From assembly GCA_030529545.1 (NCBI GenBank), contig JAUMWR010000002.1, positions 113 to 64,112 of the forward strand: a stretch of DNA of 64,000 nt, given 5' to 3'. This DNA comes from Buchananella hordeovulneris. GTDB taxonomy: Bacteria; Actinomycetota; Actinomycetes; Actinomycetales; Actinomycetaceae. Position numbers and translations under genes: made by a program. This document shows, one piece after another, positions 39,469 through 50,357 of the stretch. Every line of letters starts with the position of its first letter. Position 1 is the stretch's first letter. Below the pieces are notes generated by a model, which did not search any database, was not told the DNA's origin, and saw only the letters and a list, made by a program, of their open reading frames with translations.

Positions 39469-41042
39469 GGAAGCAAGAATGCCGCATTTTCGACCCAAGC
39501 GATAACCGGGGCCGGGAAAACACCCAAAATCACCGTTCCGCCGGCCGCGATTGCCAGCGCCACCAGGGCCGGGCCCTCGGTGCGAACGGCCACCACACGC
39601 TCACCCTCCGGCTCCCGGAAGTACATGAGCATGATGAGGCGCAGGTAGAAGAACGCGGTGGCGGCGGAGCACAGGATCGCTACCACGACCAGCCCCACCT
39701 GGTCGCCGGCCACACCGGAGGCGAAAGCGAGGTACTTGCCCATGAAGCCCGCCGTGAGCGGGATACCCGCGAAGGAGAGGAGGAACAGCGTCATCAGCGC
39801 GGCGATCACGGGGTGGCGCTTGCCCAGGCCCGCCCACTGGTTGATGTTGGTGGCCTCTCCCAGCACGTTGCCGTCGGAGTCCACCTCCCGCACCAGGTAG
39901 ACGATGCCGAACGCCCCCACGGAGGCCAGGCCGTAGGCAAGCAGGTAGAACAGCGAGGCCGCGATGCCCTGCTGCTGCAGGGAGAACACGGCGATCAGGA
40001 TGAAGCCCGCGTGCGCTACGGAGGAATAGGCCAGCATGCGCTTGACGTCGCTCTGGATAACACCCATGACCGTACCGACGACCATCGTGGTGATGGCGAC
40101 GATCCACACCAGCGGGGTGATGTCCCAGCCGCGCGAAACGCCGATCACGTAGAAGAAGCGCACCAACGCGAACGTGGCGGCGGCCTTGGTGCCCGCAGCC
40201 ATGAAGCCGGTGATCGGGGTGGGAGCACCCTGGTAGACGTCAGGCGTCCAGGAGTGGAACGGGGCCGCACCGATCTTGAACAGCAGGCCGACCGTCACCA
40301 GGACGATGCCCCCCACCAGCAGAGCGTCGGAGCCCTGGCCCGGGAACGCGGACAGGGTGAAGGCCCCGAAGCGCAGCGATCCGGCGTAGCCGTAGAGGAA
40401 CGCGATACCCATCAGGGTGAAGGCGGAGGCGAACGCACCCAGCAGGAAGTACTTCAGGGCCGCCTCCTGGCTGAGCAGGCGGCGACGGCGCGCCATGGCA
40501 GTGAGCACATACAGCGGCAGGGAGAGAACCTCCAGCGCCACGAACAGGGTGACGAACGTGCCAGCGACCGGGAAGGCCAGCATGCCGCCGAGCGCAAAGA
40601 GCACCAGCGGGAACAGCTCGGTCTGCACCAGGCCGGCGCGCTGAGATGCGCTCTCCTGGGCGCTGCCCGGGCGGTCAGCGGCGTGGGCCGCGAACGCCCC
40701 ATCGCCCACTTCGGTGCGGTCTGCGATCACCAGCAGGGCAACGAAACCACACAGCGCGATGATCGCCTGAGCGGCCAGGCCAGCGGGGTCCTCGATAAAG
40801 GCGCCGCCCACCAGCTCCTGCGCGGCCACGTGATCGGTGCCGGGGGAGACCTCGAGCCAGCGCAGCGCGATTGCGACCAGGGCGGACAGGACCGCACCCA
40901 GGGAAAGGACCAGCTGCACCGGGCGGCGCAGACGCGGACCGACGAACGCCTCAACCAGGACGCCGACGACGGCGGCAAGGAGAACGATCAGCAGGGGGCT
41001 GAGTGCCGCCCACTGAATAACGGGGGCAACGAACTCGTTCAC
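39465..41042 (-). CDS. nuoN: NADH-quinone oxidoreductase subunit N
   Basis: This 525-aa polytopic antiporter-like subunit is the last gene of the nuoA-N series. Confidence 0.92.
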   Translation of the reverse strand: MNEFVAPVIQWAALSPLLIVLLAAVVGVLVEAFVGPRLRRPVQLVLSLGAVLSALVAIALRWLEVSPGTDHVAAQELVGGAFIEDPAGLAAQAIIALCGFVALLVIADRTEVGDGAFAAHAADRPGSAQESASQRAGLVQTELFPLVLFALGGMLAFPVAGTFVTLFVALEVLSLPLYVLTAMARRRRLLSQEAALKYFLLGAFASAFTLMGIAFLYGYAGSLRFGAFTLSAFPGQGSDALLVGGIVLVTVGLLFKIGAAPFHSWTPDVYQGAPTPITGFMAAGTKAAATFALVRFFYVIGVSRGWDITPLVWIVAITTMVVGTVMGVIQSDVKRMLAYSSVAHAGFILIAVFSLQQQGIAASLFYLLAYGLASVGAFGIVYLVREVDSDGNVLGEATNINQWAGLGKRHPVIAALMTLFLLSFAGIPLTAGFMGKYLAFASGVAGDQVGLVVVAILCSAATAFFYLRLIMLMYFREPEGERVVAVRTEGPALVALAIAAGGTVILGVFPAPVIAWVENAAFLLP

Positions 41043-42577
41043 TGGTTGTTTCCTTCCTGCATGTCAGCGGGCGCCATCTCCAAGTCCACGATCTGAATCC
41101 TGGGCGGGGTCATGTCGATGTAGGAGATGACGTGACCGGGCTGCAAACCGAGCCAGGCGATCAGCACCACCAGCGGAGCGATGGCAGCGATCTCAAGGGG
41201 GCGCAGGTCGGAGAGCTTGGTGCCCACCTTTGCCTCCTCCTTGGGGCCGGTAAAGACCTTTTGGTAAGGCCACAGAATGTAGAGGGCGCTGAGCACCACG
41301 CCACCCATGGCAACAACGCCGGCCCAGAATTTGGTGGACAGCGTGCCCATGAGCACCAGGTACTCCGGCACGAAGCCGGACAGGCCGGGCAGGGCGATGG
41401 AGGCCAGGCCGCCAAAGAGCCACAGGCCCGCGAGCAGCGGGGTGACGCGCTGCATGCCGCGGAAGTCAGCGATCTGCTGGGTGCCGGCGCGCTTGGTGAG
41501 GAAACCTGTCAGCAGGAACATCACCGCGATGGACAGGCCGTGGGCAACCATGTAGAGCATCGCGCCGATCATGGCGGCCTGGGAGCCGACGTAGATGCCG
41601 AGCACAATGAAGCCGAAGTGGCTGATGGAGGTGTAGGACACCAGCCGCATCAGGTCCTTCTGGCCGATCGCCATGATGGCGCCGTAGATGACCGAGACCA
41701 GCGCCAGGACGATGATCACCGGGGCGGCCCAAGCGGAGGCCTCGGGGAACAGCGGCAGGCACAGCACGATCATGCCGTAGGTACCGATCTTGTCCAGGAC
41801 ACCCACCAGGATGGTGGAGACGCCGGGGTGGGCCTGCGCGGCCGTGTCCGGCAGCCAGGTGTGCACCGGCACCATCGGGGCCTTGATAGCGAAGGCCACG
41901 AAGAAGGTCAGGAAGATCGCCTTGCCGGCGCCGCCCGTGACGGGGGCATACATCAGGCTGGTGATGAGGAAGCCGTCCGGGCCACCCGGGCCCAGCACGC
42001 CAAGGGCAACCACGCCACCGAGCATAACCAGACCACCAAAGAGGCTGAAGAGCAGGAACTTCATGGCGGCGCGGCGGCGCTGTTCGCCACCGTAGTTGCC
42101 CACCAGGAAGTAGCCCGGCACCAGCATGGCCTCAAAGGCGAGGTAGAAGAGGAACACGTCCTGGGCGGTGAAGATCAAGACGATGAACGCCTGCATGGCC
42201 AGGGTGAGGGCCACGAAGTTGGAGCCCTTGCGGGATACCCCGCCGTCCTCGCCCGGGAAGTCGTTCCAGGAGGCGAGCATGACCACCGGCACCAGCACGG
42301 CGGCCATGGCCACCATCGCCAGGCCCAGGCCGTTTACGCCGAGCGCCCAGGAGACGCTGATCTGCGGGATCCAGGCGTAGGTCTCGGTGAGCTGCGGGGC
42401 CATCTGCTCCGTATCGAAGAGGACCACGGCGTAGATGGCTAGGCCCAGCACGGCCAGCGAGACGGCCATGCCGAGCTCGCGGGCGCGGCTAGCCAGCGGG
42501 CGAACCAGCCACAGCAGCAGCGCCCCGATGAAGGGCGCCGCCACCATGACGGAGAGAAGAGGCCAAGTAGATTCCAT
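41039..42577 (-). CDS. nuoM: NADH-quinone oxidoreductase subunit M
   Basis: The 512-aa antiporter-like subunit follows the nuo gene order. Confidence 0.92.
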   Translation of the reverse strand: MESTWPLLSVMVAAPFIGALLLWLVRPLASRARELGMAVSLAVLGLAIYAVVLFDTEQMAPQLTETYAWIPQISVSWALGVNGLGLAMVAMAAVLVPVVMLASWNDFPGEDGGVSRKGSNFVALTLAMQAFIVLIFTAQDVFLFYLAFEAMLVPGYFLVGNYGGEQRRRAAMKFLLFSLFGGLVMLGGVVALGVLGPGGPDGFLITSLMYAPVTGGAGKAIFLTFFVAFAIKAPMVPVHTWLPDTAAQAHPGVSTILVGVLDKIGTYGMIVLCLPLFPEASAWAAPVIIVLALVSVIYGAIMAIGQKDLMRLVSYTSISHFGFIVLGIYVGSQAAMIGAMLYMVAHGLSIAVMFLLTGFLTKRAGTQQIADFRGMQRVTPLLAGLWLFGGLASIALPGLSGFVPEYLVLMGTLSTKFWAGVVAMGGVVLSALYILWPYQKVFTGPKEEAKVGTKLSDLRPLEIAAIAPLVVLIAWLGLQPGHVISYIDMTPPRIQIVDLEMAPADMQEGNNQ

Positions 42578-42589
42578 GTTCTTTTCTCC

Positions 42590-44548
42590 TTACAGGCTCG
42601 CCAGGAGGACGGCGGCGGTCACGACGACGATTCCGATCAGGACGGTGGCCGCGTAGGAGCGGGTGTAGCCGTTCTGGAGGGGGCGCAGCCAGCGGCCCGT
42701 AGTGCCCACGGCCTTGGCGCTGCCCTCCACGACTCCGTCCACCACGATCTTGTCGGCTGCCACCACACCGGCGGTGACGGCAAGACCGGGCTTCATGAAC
42801 AGGGTCTCGTTGATCGCGTCCGCGTACAGGTCGTTGCGGGCGGCGGTCGGGATGACACCGGTGGGGGCCTGCAGCGGCACCGGGCGGCGCACGTACATGA
42901 CGTAGGCGAGCGCAACGCCCAGGACCACCAGGGTCAGGGTGAGGGCCATGATGGCCGGGATCGGCAGCACGGGCTCGTGGTGCTCGGCGTGGCCCACCAC
43001 CGGCTCCAGCCAGGTGGTGAACTTGTCGCCCATCGCCAGGAACCAGCCCAGGCCGACGGAGAAGACCGACAGGATCATCATGGGAACGGTCATCAGCAGC
43101 GGGGACTCGTGCGGGTGGGCGGCGCCACCGAGCTCGGTCTCCTTCTTGGTGGGCCAGCGCTTCTCGCCGTGGAAGGTCATGAAGAACAGGCGCGACATGT
43201 AGAAGGCGGTGATGCCCGCACCGACCAGGGTGACGGTGCCGAAGACCCACGGGGCCGCGCCCTCACCAACGAAGGCAGCCTCGATGATCTTGTCCTTGGA
43301 GAAGAAGCCCGCGAAGGGCGGCACCCCCAGGATCGCCAGCCAGCCGATGCCGAAGGTGATCCACGTGATCTTCATGGCCTTGGACAGACCGCCAAAGCGG
43401 CGCATGTTGACCTGGTCGTTCATGCCGTGCATGACGGAGCCAGCGCCGAGGAACATCTGGGCCTTGAAGAAGCCGTGGGTGAGCAGGTGGAAGATCGCGA
43501 ACGCGTAACCGATCGGGCCCAGGCCGGCGGCCAGCATCATGTAGCCCAGCTGGCTCATGGTGGAGGCGGCCAGGACCTTCTTCAGGTCGTCCTTGGCGGA
43601 ACCAACGATCGCACCGAAGATCAGCGTGACGGCACCGACGATCGCCACGGCCATCTGCGCGGTGGGGGCACCGGCGTAGATCGGGGCGGAGCGAACCATC
43701 AGGTAGACACCGGCGGTGACCATGGTGGCGGCGTGGATGAGCGCAGAGACGGGGGTCGGGCCGGCCATGGCGTCGCCCAGCCAGGCCTGCAGCGGCACCT
43801 GGGCGGACTTACCGCAGGCGGCCAGCAGCAGGAAGAAGCCGATCGCGGTCAGCCAGCCCTCGCTCACGGCGGGGGCGCCGGCCTGCACCAGCACGAAGTT
43901 GGTGGAGCCGATGGTGGCGAACAGGCTTCCCATGCCGAGCAGCAGGCCGACGTCACCGACGCGGTTCATGACGAACGCCTTCTTGGCGGCCACCGCGTAG
44001 TCGGGGTTGTAGTTCCAGAAGCCGATCAGCAGATAGGAGGCCAGACCCACGCCTTCCCAACCGACGAACAGCACCGCGAAGGAGTCTGCCAGCACCAGGG
44101 TGAGCATGGCGGCGATGAACAGGTTGAGGTAGGCAAAGAAGCGGCGCCGGTCAACGTCGTGCTCCATGTAAGCCACGGCGTAGAAGTGGATCAGAGTGCC
44201 CACGAACGTCACCAGCAGCACGAAGGTGAGCGAGAGCGGGTCGATCTGCAGCCCGGCGTCTACCGTGATCTCGCCGGCGTTGATCCAGCTGAACAGTGGC
44301 ACGCCCATGACGCGGGCGCCGCCCTCCAGCCCGAGGAGCTGGAAGAGGATCACGATCGCGTAGACGGCGGAGAAGCTGGAGGCAGCAACGGAGACCCAGT
44401 GGCCGAACTTGTCGGTCTTGCGCCCGGCCAGCAGCAGGAGCAGTGAGCTGAGCAGCGGCACGGCGATCAGCAGCCAAGCGTTGGCGGCTGCGCCGGTGGC
44501 CTCAACCAGGTGAGGAGTCACGATTTCGGTGGCAAATAGATTCGTCAT
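42590..44548 (-). CDS. nuoL: NADH-quinone oxidoreductase subunit L
   Basis: The 652-aa protein has an antiporter-like subunit and a long C-terminal helix region. Confidence 0.92.
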   Translation of the reverse strand: MTNLFATEIVTPHLVEATGAAANAWLLIAVPLLSSLLLLLAGRKTDKFGHWVSVAASSFSAVYAIVILFQLLGLEGGARVMGVPLFSWINAGEITVDAGLQIDPLSLTFVLLVTFVGTLIHFYAVAYMEHDVDRRRFFAYLNLFIAAMLTLVLADSFAVLFVGWEGVGLASYLLIGFWNYNPDYAVAAKKAFVMNRVGDVGLLLGMGSLFATIGSTNFVLVQAGAPAVSEGWLTAIGFFLLLAACGKSAQVPLQAWLGDAMAGPTPVSALIHAATMVTAGVYLMVRSAPIYAGAPTAQMAVAIVGAVTLIFGAIVGSAKDDLKKVLAASTMSQLGYMMLAAGLGPIGYAFAIFHLLTHGFFKAQMFLGAGSVMHGMNDQVNMRRFGGLSKAMKITWITFGIGWLAILGVPPFAGFFSKDKIIEAAFVGEGAAPWVFGTVTLVGAGITAFYMSRLFFMTFHGEKRWPTKKETELGGAAHPHESPLLMTVPMMILSVFSVGLGWFLAMGDKFTTWLEPVVGHAEHHEPVLPIPAIMALTLTLVVLGVALAYVMYVRRPVPLQAPTGVIPTAARNDLYADAINETLFMKPGLAVTAGVVAADKIVVDGVVEGSAKAVGTTGRWLRPLQNGYTRSYAATVLIGIVVVTAAVLLASL

Positions 44549-44559
44549 CGCTCCTGCCT

Positions 44560-44859
44560 TCAGTTCTTGAGCAGAGTCACGTCGTCAACGGACGCGGACT
44601 TTGCGTTGCGGAAGATGGACACGATGATCGCCAGGCCGATCACGACTTCCGCTGCGGCCACGACCATCACGAAGAAGGCCATGATCTGGCCCTCCAGGTT
44701 GCCGTGGAGGCGGGAGAAGGTGATGAGGGCGAGGTTGGCGGAGTTCAGCATGAGCTCCACTCCCATGAGGGAGATGACTGCGGAGCGGCGCAGCAGCACG
44801 GTGAGCGCACCGATGGTGAATACCACCACGGCGAGGATGAGGTACGCGGTCAGCGGCAT
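44560..44859 (-). CDS. nuoK: NADH-quinone oxidoreductase subunit K
   Basis: The 99-aa sequence [49 protein letters not shown]… is canonical NuoK. Confidence 0.95.
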   Translation of the reverse strand: MPLTAYLILAVVVFTIGALTVLLRRSAVISLMGVELMLNSANLALITFSRLHGNLEGQIMAFFVMVVAAAEVVIGLAIIVSIFRNAKSASVDDVTLLKN

Positions 44860-44862
44860 CGC

Positions 44863-45864
44863 TTACTCACCTTCCTTCTGGTCGTTCTCGGTGGACGACG
44901 TTTCGCCAGCCGCTTCGATCTGCGCGGCGGGAGGCGCGAAGGCGCCGCCCAGCAGGCCGCCCGTGGCGTGGGGGGCCACTTCCGGGGCCTTCTCGCGGCC
45001 CGGCATGCCGATGGAGCCGGAGCGGTAGACGGCCTTGGAGGCCTCCGGACCGTGGACTGCCTGGCCGGAGCCGATGGCCGCCACCATGTTCGGGGCGACC
45101 TCCGCCAGGGACTGGGCCTGGCCACGGACGCGCAGCACGCGGGGCACGGAGCCCTCGACGGTCTTGCCGCCGGCGCCGAACGCGGGAGCGGTAGCGGCGT
45201 TGGTGGAGGCGTAGACACCGGGCGTGGGCAGCTGGCCGATGTGCTCGCCCTTCTCCGCGTAGGCCTTCATCTTGGCGGCGGCAGTGGCGGCGAGGTCGGC
45301 CTTGGGGCCGTGGCGGTGCTTGTGCGTGAGGGTCATGGCGCCCAGGGCGGCCACGATCAGCAACGCACCAGTGAGCTCCATGGCGCCCACGTGGGTGCCG
45401 AACAGGAGCTTGGCCAGGGCCACCGGGTTGGTCTCCGCGTTGGCGAGCTCCAGGCCGGCGGGCGTGACGCCGGCGGTGCCGCGCACGACGATGGCGATGA
45501 GCAGGGAGACGGTGCCGAGGCCGGCCAGGACGGCGGCAGGCATCTGGCCGCGCAGTCGCTCCCGGCGGGTCTCAGTGGCGCCCACACCGACCAGCATGAT
45601 GACGAACAGGAAGAGCATCATGACGGCGCCGGTGTAGACAATCACCTGCACGGCGCCCACGAAGGAGGCCTCCTGCGCAAAGTAGATCACTGCGAGCGGG
45701 ATCATCACGAAGATCATGGAGACGGCCGCGTGGACTGGCTTCTTGGCCAGTAGCACGCCCGCGGCGGCGACCACGATCAGCGGGGCACACACCCAGAACA
45801 GGATGGTTTCCCCCATGGTCAGGTTCCCGGCCGCGTTCACGGCGAGGGGTACCAGGGTGTTCAC
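44863..45864 (-). CDS. nuoJ: NADH-quinone oxidoreductase subunit J with a long hydrophilic C-terminal extension
   Basis: The N-terminal ~170 aa are NuoJ-like TM helices. The C-terminal ~150 aa are low-complexity and Ala/Gly-rich. Confidence 0.88.
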   Translation of the reverse strand: MNTLVPLAVNAAGNLTMGETILFWVCAPLIVVAAAGVLLAKKPVHAAVSMIFVMIPLAVIYFAQEASFVGAVQVIVYTGAVMMLFLFVIMLVGVGATETRRERLRGQMPAAVLAGLGTVSLLIAIVVRGTAGVTPAGLELANAETNPVALAKLLFGTHVGAMELTGALLIVAALGAMTLTHKHRHGPKADLAATAAAKMKAYAEKGEHIGQLPTPGVYASTNAATAPAFGAGGKTVEGSVPRVLRVRGQAQSLAEVAPNMVAAIGSGQAVHGPEASKAVYRSGSIGMPGREKAPEVAPHATGGLLGGAFAPPAAQIEAAGETSSTENDQKEGE

Positions 45865-46514
45865 GCGTGCACCTCCTTAGTGCTGGCGCTGCGGCGGGAT
45901 TCTACCCACTCGCGCTGTGCCGGGTGTACGCCGGTCACCTCGCCGCGGTAGTAGTCCCCATCGGTGGTGCCCGGCACCATCGGGTGCGGGGCGGCGAGCA
46001 TGTCCTCACCCAGCGGGGCCAGCAGGTCCTGCTTCTCGTAGATGAGGCCCTCGCGGGTGGTGTCTGCGAGCTCGAACTCGTTGGACATGGTCAGGGCGCG
46101 CGTGGGGCACGCCTCGATGCACATGCCGCAGAAGATGCAGCGCAGGTAGTTGATCTGGTACACGCGGCCGTAGCGCTCACCCGGGGAGTACTGGGCCTCC
46201 GGGGTGTTGTTGCCGGCCTCGACCAGGATGGCGTCCGCCGGGCAGGCCCACGCGCACAGCTCACAGCCGATGCACTTCTCCAGGCCGTCGGCGTAGCGGT
46301 TGAGCTGGTGGCGGCCGTGGAAGCGCGGCTGGGTGGGAACCCGCTCGAAGGGGTACTGCTCGGTGACCGTGGGGCGGAACATCGAAGACAGCGTGATCCC
46401 GTAGCCGGCCACGGGGGCAAAGAACTTGCCCAGGGCGCCCTTCTCGTCGGGCTCGTAGCTGACGGTGGGCTGGTAGGTGAAGCCAGCCGCGGTGGTGTAC
46501 TCGCGGTCAGTCAT
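45861..46514 (-). CDS. nuoI: NADH-quinone oxidoreductase subunit I (2x[4Fe-4S] ferredoxin-like)
   Basis: Contains two CxxCxxCxxxCP motifs ([12 protein letters not shown] and [12 protein letters not shown]). Confidence 0.95.
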   Translation of the reverse strand: MTDREYTTAAGFTYQPTVSYEPDEKGALGKFFAPVAGYGITLSSMFRPTVTEQYPFERVPTQPRFHGRHQLNRYADGLEKCIGCELCAWACPADAILVEAGNNTPEAQYSPGERYGRVYQINYLRCIFCGMCIEACPTRALTMSNEFELADTTREGLIYEKQDLLAPLGEDMLAAPHPMVPGTTDGDYYRGEVTGVHPAQREWVESRRSASTKEVHA

Positions 46515-47850
46515 CGGTGTCCTCCTCAGCGGAAACGGTAACTACCTCCACCACGGCGGCACGGCGAGCGGCGCGGGGCGAGGGCGGCAGGGTCTGGCCC
46601 GGCAGCGGCGGAACGGGGTAACCGCCGGCGAACGGGTCGATCTCGCCTTCTTGGGGGGTGGGGCCGGCCAGCTTGGCCTGCTCGTCCGCCTCCGACTTCT
46701 CGGGTAGCAGGAAGATGATCGCCAGCGCCACCAGGGCAACACCGCCGATGCCGAGCGAGAGCTGCAGCGGGGTCAGCCCCACGAACTGGCGCAGACCCTG
46801 CAGGGTGGCCAGGCCCACGATCCACACGAGGGAGGACGGGATGAGGATCTTCCAGCCGATCGCCATGAACTGGTCGTAGCGGAAGCGCAGCAGCGTTCCA
46901 CGGGTCCAGACCATGAAGAACATGAACAGCCAGACCTTGAACACGAACCAGAGGATGGGCCACCAGCCGGTGTTGAACATGCCGTCGCCGATCAGGGACA
47001 GCGGCCACGGTGCGCGCCAACCGCCCAGGAACAGGGTGGTGGCCACGGCGGAGACGTTCAGCATGTTGATGTACTCGGCCAGGAAGAACCAGGCGAACTT
47101 CATGGAGGAGTACTCGACCATGTGACCGGCAACCAGCTCACCCTCGGCCTCGGGCAGGTCGAAGGGCAGACGGTTTACCTCACCGATCATCGAGATCACG
47201 TAGATGACGAAGGCCGGGAAGAGCGGGATGAACCACCACAGGTCGGTCTGCTGGTTGACGATCTGGCTCGTGGACATGGAGCCGGAGACCAGGAAGACGC
47301 TCAGCAGGCTCATGCCCATGGAGAGCTCGTAGGAGATCACCTGGGCGGAGGAGCGGACCGAACCGAGCAGCGGGTAGGAAGAGTGGGAGGACCAGCCGCC
47401 CAGGACAATGCCGTACACGCCGAAGGCCGTGATGGCCAGGATCAGCAGGACGGAGACCGGGGAGTCCAGGAGCTGCAGCGGCGTGGTGTGCCCAAACATG
47501 GACACCTCCGGCCCGAACGGGATCACCGAGTAGACGGTGAACGCGGTCAGCGCGGCGATGATGGGGGCCAGGACGTAGATGAACTTGTCCGCGCCGCCCA
47601 GCCAGAAGTCCTCCTTGAGGATCAGCTTGGCCGCGTCACCCACCGCCTGCAGCAAACCGAAGGGGCCGTGGTAGTTCGGGCCCGGCCGGGTCTGCATGCG
47701 GGCCAAACCGCGACGCTCCACCCACAGGGCGAGGAGCACCGACAGCAGCAGGAAGGTGATGATCGCCCCCGCCTTGATCAGGGAGATCCACCACGGGTCG
47801 TGGAAAGTGAACGCCGGTCCGGCGTTGAGAGCGGAAATGCCGGTCATCAC
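46507..47850 (-). CDS. nuoH: NADH-quinone oxidoreductase subunit H with a C-terminal Pro-rich extension
   Basis: The core is NuoH (…[20 protein letters not shown]…). The C-terminal ~70 aa are Pro/Ala-rich. Confidence 0.93.
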   Translation of the reverse strand: MMTGISALNAGPAFTFHDPWWISLIKAGAIITFLLLSVLLALWVERRGLARMQTRPGPNYHGPFGLLQAVGDAAKLILKEDFWLGGADKFIYVLAPIIAALTAFTVYSVIPFGPEVSMFGHTTPLQLLDSPVSVLLILAITAFGVYGIVLGGWSSHSSYPLLGSVRSSAQVISYELSMGMSLLSVFLVSGSMSTSQIVNQQTDLWWFIPLFPAFVIYVISMIGEVNRLPFDLPEAEGELVAGHMVEYSSMKFAWFFLAEYINMLNVSAVATTLFLGGWRAPWPLSLIGDGMFNTGWWPILWFVFKVWLFMFFMVWTRGTLLRFRYDQFMAIGWKILIPSSLVWIVGLATLQGLRQFVGLTPLQLSLGIGGVALVALAIIFLLPEKSEADEQAKLAGPTPQEGEIDPFAGGYPVPPLPGQTLPPSPRAARRAAVVEVVTVSAEEDTDD

Positions 47851-50357
47851 TTTGCCTCCACCTTGAGCTGGACGACGCCGCCGGCGGCGGTGCCAAGAGT
47901 TGAGTGCACGTCGCTACCGGCAGAGCACTGCGGCAGCCACACGACGCGGTCGGGCAGGTCCGCCACCACCAGGGGCAGCGTGACGGTGCCGGCCGGGCCG
48001 ACAACGCTGATGTTCTGCCCCTCGACGGCCCCCAGGGCGGTGGCGGTCGAGGCGGCCAGCGCCACGACGCTGCGGCGGGCGGTGCCGGCCAGGAAGGGCT
48101 CGCCCACCAGGCAGGCGCCCTCGTCGATCATCGGCTTGTGCGTGGCCAGCACGGCCTCGCCTGCCGCCGGGGCCGCCAGCGGGGCGGGCGCCACCGCGTG
48201 GAAGGCCAGCGGTGCGCTCCACGGCAGGCAGTTCGCCAGCTGGGCGTGAACGTCGTCCAAACGGGCGGTATCCAGCTCGACGTCCAGCTCGGCGGCCAGG
48301 CGGTCCAGCACTTCGCGGTCCGGCATGGCGCGGGAGGTCAGCACCTGCCCGAACGGGCGGCGGCGGCCCTCCCAGTTGATGTAGGTGCCGCCCTTCTCCA
48401 CCGGCGGCGCCACCGGCAGCACGACGGTGGCCAGGGCGGTGACGGCGGAGGGACGCACCTCCAGGGAGATGACGTCGGCGCGCTCGAAGGCAGCGCGGGC
48501 GGTGGCGGCGTCCGGGAAGTCGCGCGGGTCCACACCACCCACCACGAGGGTGGACAGGTCGCCGGCGGCAGCGGCGGCCAGCATCTGCGCGCTGTCCAGG
48601 CCCGCCTCGGCGGGCAAGTCGCCCCACTCGAGGGAGGCGCGGGCAGCAGCGTCGGCCACCGGACGGTTACCGGGCAGCAGGCTTGGCAGCGCGCCGGCCT
48701 CCAGCGCGGCGCGCTCACCGCTCCGGCGCGGAATCCACGCCAGGCGGGCGCCCACGCGCTCGGCCAGCTCGACCACGGCGGAGAGCAGGCCCGGTACGGC
48801 AGCGGCGCGCTCGCCCACGACGATCACGCCGCCGGCCAGAGCGTCGGCCAACTCGGCGTTAGCGGCGCCGGCCGCGACGGTGCCCAGCACCTCTGCCTCG
48901 GTACCCGGGGCGGCGTGCAGCACGGTGGCGTGCATCTTCTCGCTGCCGCGCGTGGTGAACGGGGCCACCGTGGACACCTTCACCGAGCCAGCCAGCACGC
49001 CCTTGCGCAGGCGCAGGAACACGCTGCCGCACTCGTCCTCCGCCTCGAAACCCACCAGCAGCACCTGCCCGGCCTTCTCCAGGTCCGTGTAGGTGACCGG
49101 CGCCTGGGTCAAAACCTTGGCGGAGAGGAACTCGCTCTCCTCCTGGCTGACCGCGCGAACGCGGGCGTCAATGTTGTTGGTCTTGGCCACGACGCGGGCG
49201 AAGCGGGACCAGGCGAACGCGTCCTCGAAGGGCAGGCGGCCACCGGGCAGGAAGCCCACGTCGTCGGCCTTGCGCAGCAGGTTCGCGGCCACTTCCAGGG
49301 CGTCGGCCCAGGAGGTGGGAACCAGCTCGCCGTTCTCGTCTCGCACCATCGGCGCGGTGAAGCGCTGCAGGGACTGCCACGGGAATGCGAAGCGGTCCTT
49401 GTCGGTGATCCACTCCTCGTTGACCTCCGGGTCGTTGCCGGCCAGGCGGCGCAGCACCGTGCCGCGGCGAACGTCCACGCGGATCGCGCTACCGGAAGCG
49501 TCGTGCTCGGTGACGGAGTCCAGGCTCATCAGGTCGAACGGGCGGGAGCGGAAGCGGTAGGCGGCGCTGGTCAGCGCACCCACCGGGCAGATCTGGATCG
49601 TGTTGCCGGAGAAGTAGGAGGCAAACGCGCGGCCGGAGAGGTCCTCCTCGGCAGCACCGATCGGGCCCGGGTGCAGGGCGCCCCCGAAACCGGCCTCGCC
49701 CGCCGGGCCCGCGTACTGCGGGGCCAGCTCGCGGCCCGCGAAGTCCGGGTCCGCGTAGCCGAGGGTGGCGGAGTCGAACGGACCGATCTGGGCCTTGGCA
49801 CCACGGGTCTGCAGGTCGATGAACGGGTCACCCGCGATCTCCTTGGAGAAGCGGATGCAGCGCTGGCACAGCACACAGCGGTCGCGGTCCAGCAGGATCT
49901 GCGTGGAGATCGCGATCGGCTTGGGGTAGGAGCGCTTCTTGTCGATGAAACGGGAAGCAGCCTGGCCGTGCGTCAGCGCCTGGTTCTGCAGCGGGCACTC
50001 ACCACCCTTGTCGCAGACCGGGCAGTCCAGCGGGTGGTTGATGAGCAGGAACTCCAGCACACCCTCCTGGGCCTTCTTGGCCGTCGGGGAGGAGAGCTGG
50101 GTCTTGACCTCCATGCCCGGCATGACCGTCATGGTGCAGGAGGCCTGCGGCTTGGGCATGGGGCGCACTACGCCCTCGCGGTCGGGCATAGCCACGTCCA
50201 CGAGGCACTGGCGGCAAGCTCCCACCGGCTTCAGCAGCGGGTGGTCGCAGAAGCGCGGGATGTGGATCCCGGCCTGCTCGGCCGCGCGGATGATGAGCGT
50301 ACCCTTGGGCACCTCCACCGCCTGGCCGTCGATAGTCACAGTGACGAGTTCAGTCAT
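47847..50357 (-). CDS. nuoG: NADH-quinone oxidoreductase subunit G
   Basis: The 836-aa protein has N-terminal 2Fe-2S and 4Fe-4S cysteine clusters (…CDHPLLKPVGACRQCLV…, …CPVCDKGGECPLQ…) and a molybdopterin-like domain. Confidence 0.95.
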   Translation of the reverse strand: MTELVTVTIDGQAVEVPKGTLIIRAAEQAGIHIPRFCDHPLLKPVGACRQCLVDVAMPDREGVVRPMPKPQASCTMTVMPGMEVKTQLSSPTAKKAQEGVLEFLLINHPLDCPVCDKGGECPLQNQALTHGQAASRFIDKKRSYPKPIAISTQILLDRDRCVLCQRCIRFSKEIAGDPFIDLQTRGAKAQIGPFDSATLGYADPDFAGRELAPQYAGPAGEAGFGGALHPGPIGAAEEDLSGRAFASYFSGNTIQICPVGALTSAAYRFRSRPFDLMSLDSVTEHDASGSAIRVDVRRGTVLRRLAGNDPEVNEEWITDKDRFAFPWQSLQRFTAPMVRDENGELVPTSWADALEVAANLLRKADDVGFLPGGRLPFEDAFAWSRFARVVAKTNNIDARVRAVSQEESEFLSAKVLTQAPVTYTDLEKAGQVLLVGFEAEDECGSVFLRLRKGVLAGSVKVSTVAPFTTRGSEKMHATVLHAAPGTEAEVLGTVAAGAANAELADALAGGVIVVGERAAAVPGLLSAVVELAERVGARLAWIPRRSGERAALEAGALPSLLPGNRPVADAAARASLEWGDLPAEAGLDSAQMLAAAAAGDLSTLVVGGVDPRDFPDAATARAAFERADVISLEVRPSAVTALATVVLPVAPPVEKGGTYINWEGRRRPFGQVLTSRAMPDREVLDRLAAELDVELDTARLDDVHAQLANCLPWSAPLAFHAVAPAPLAAPAAGEAVLATHKPMIDEGACLVGEPFLAGTARRSVVALAASTATALGAVEGQNISVVGPAGTVTLPLVVADLPDRVVWLPQCSAGSDVHSTLGTAAGGVVQLKVEAK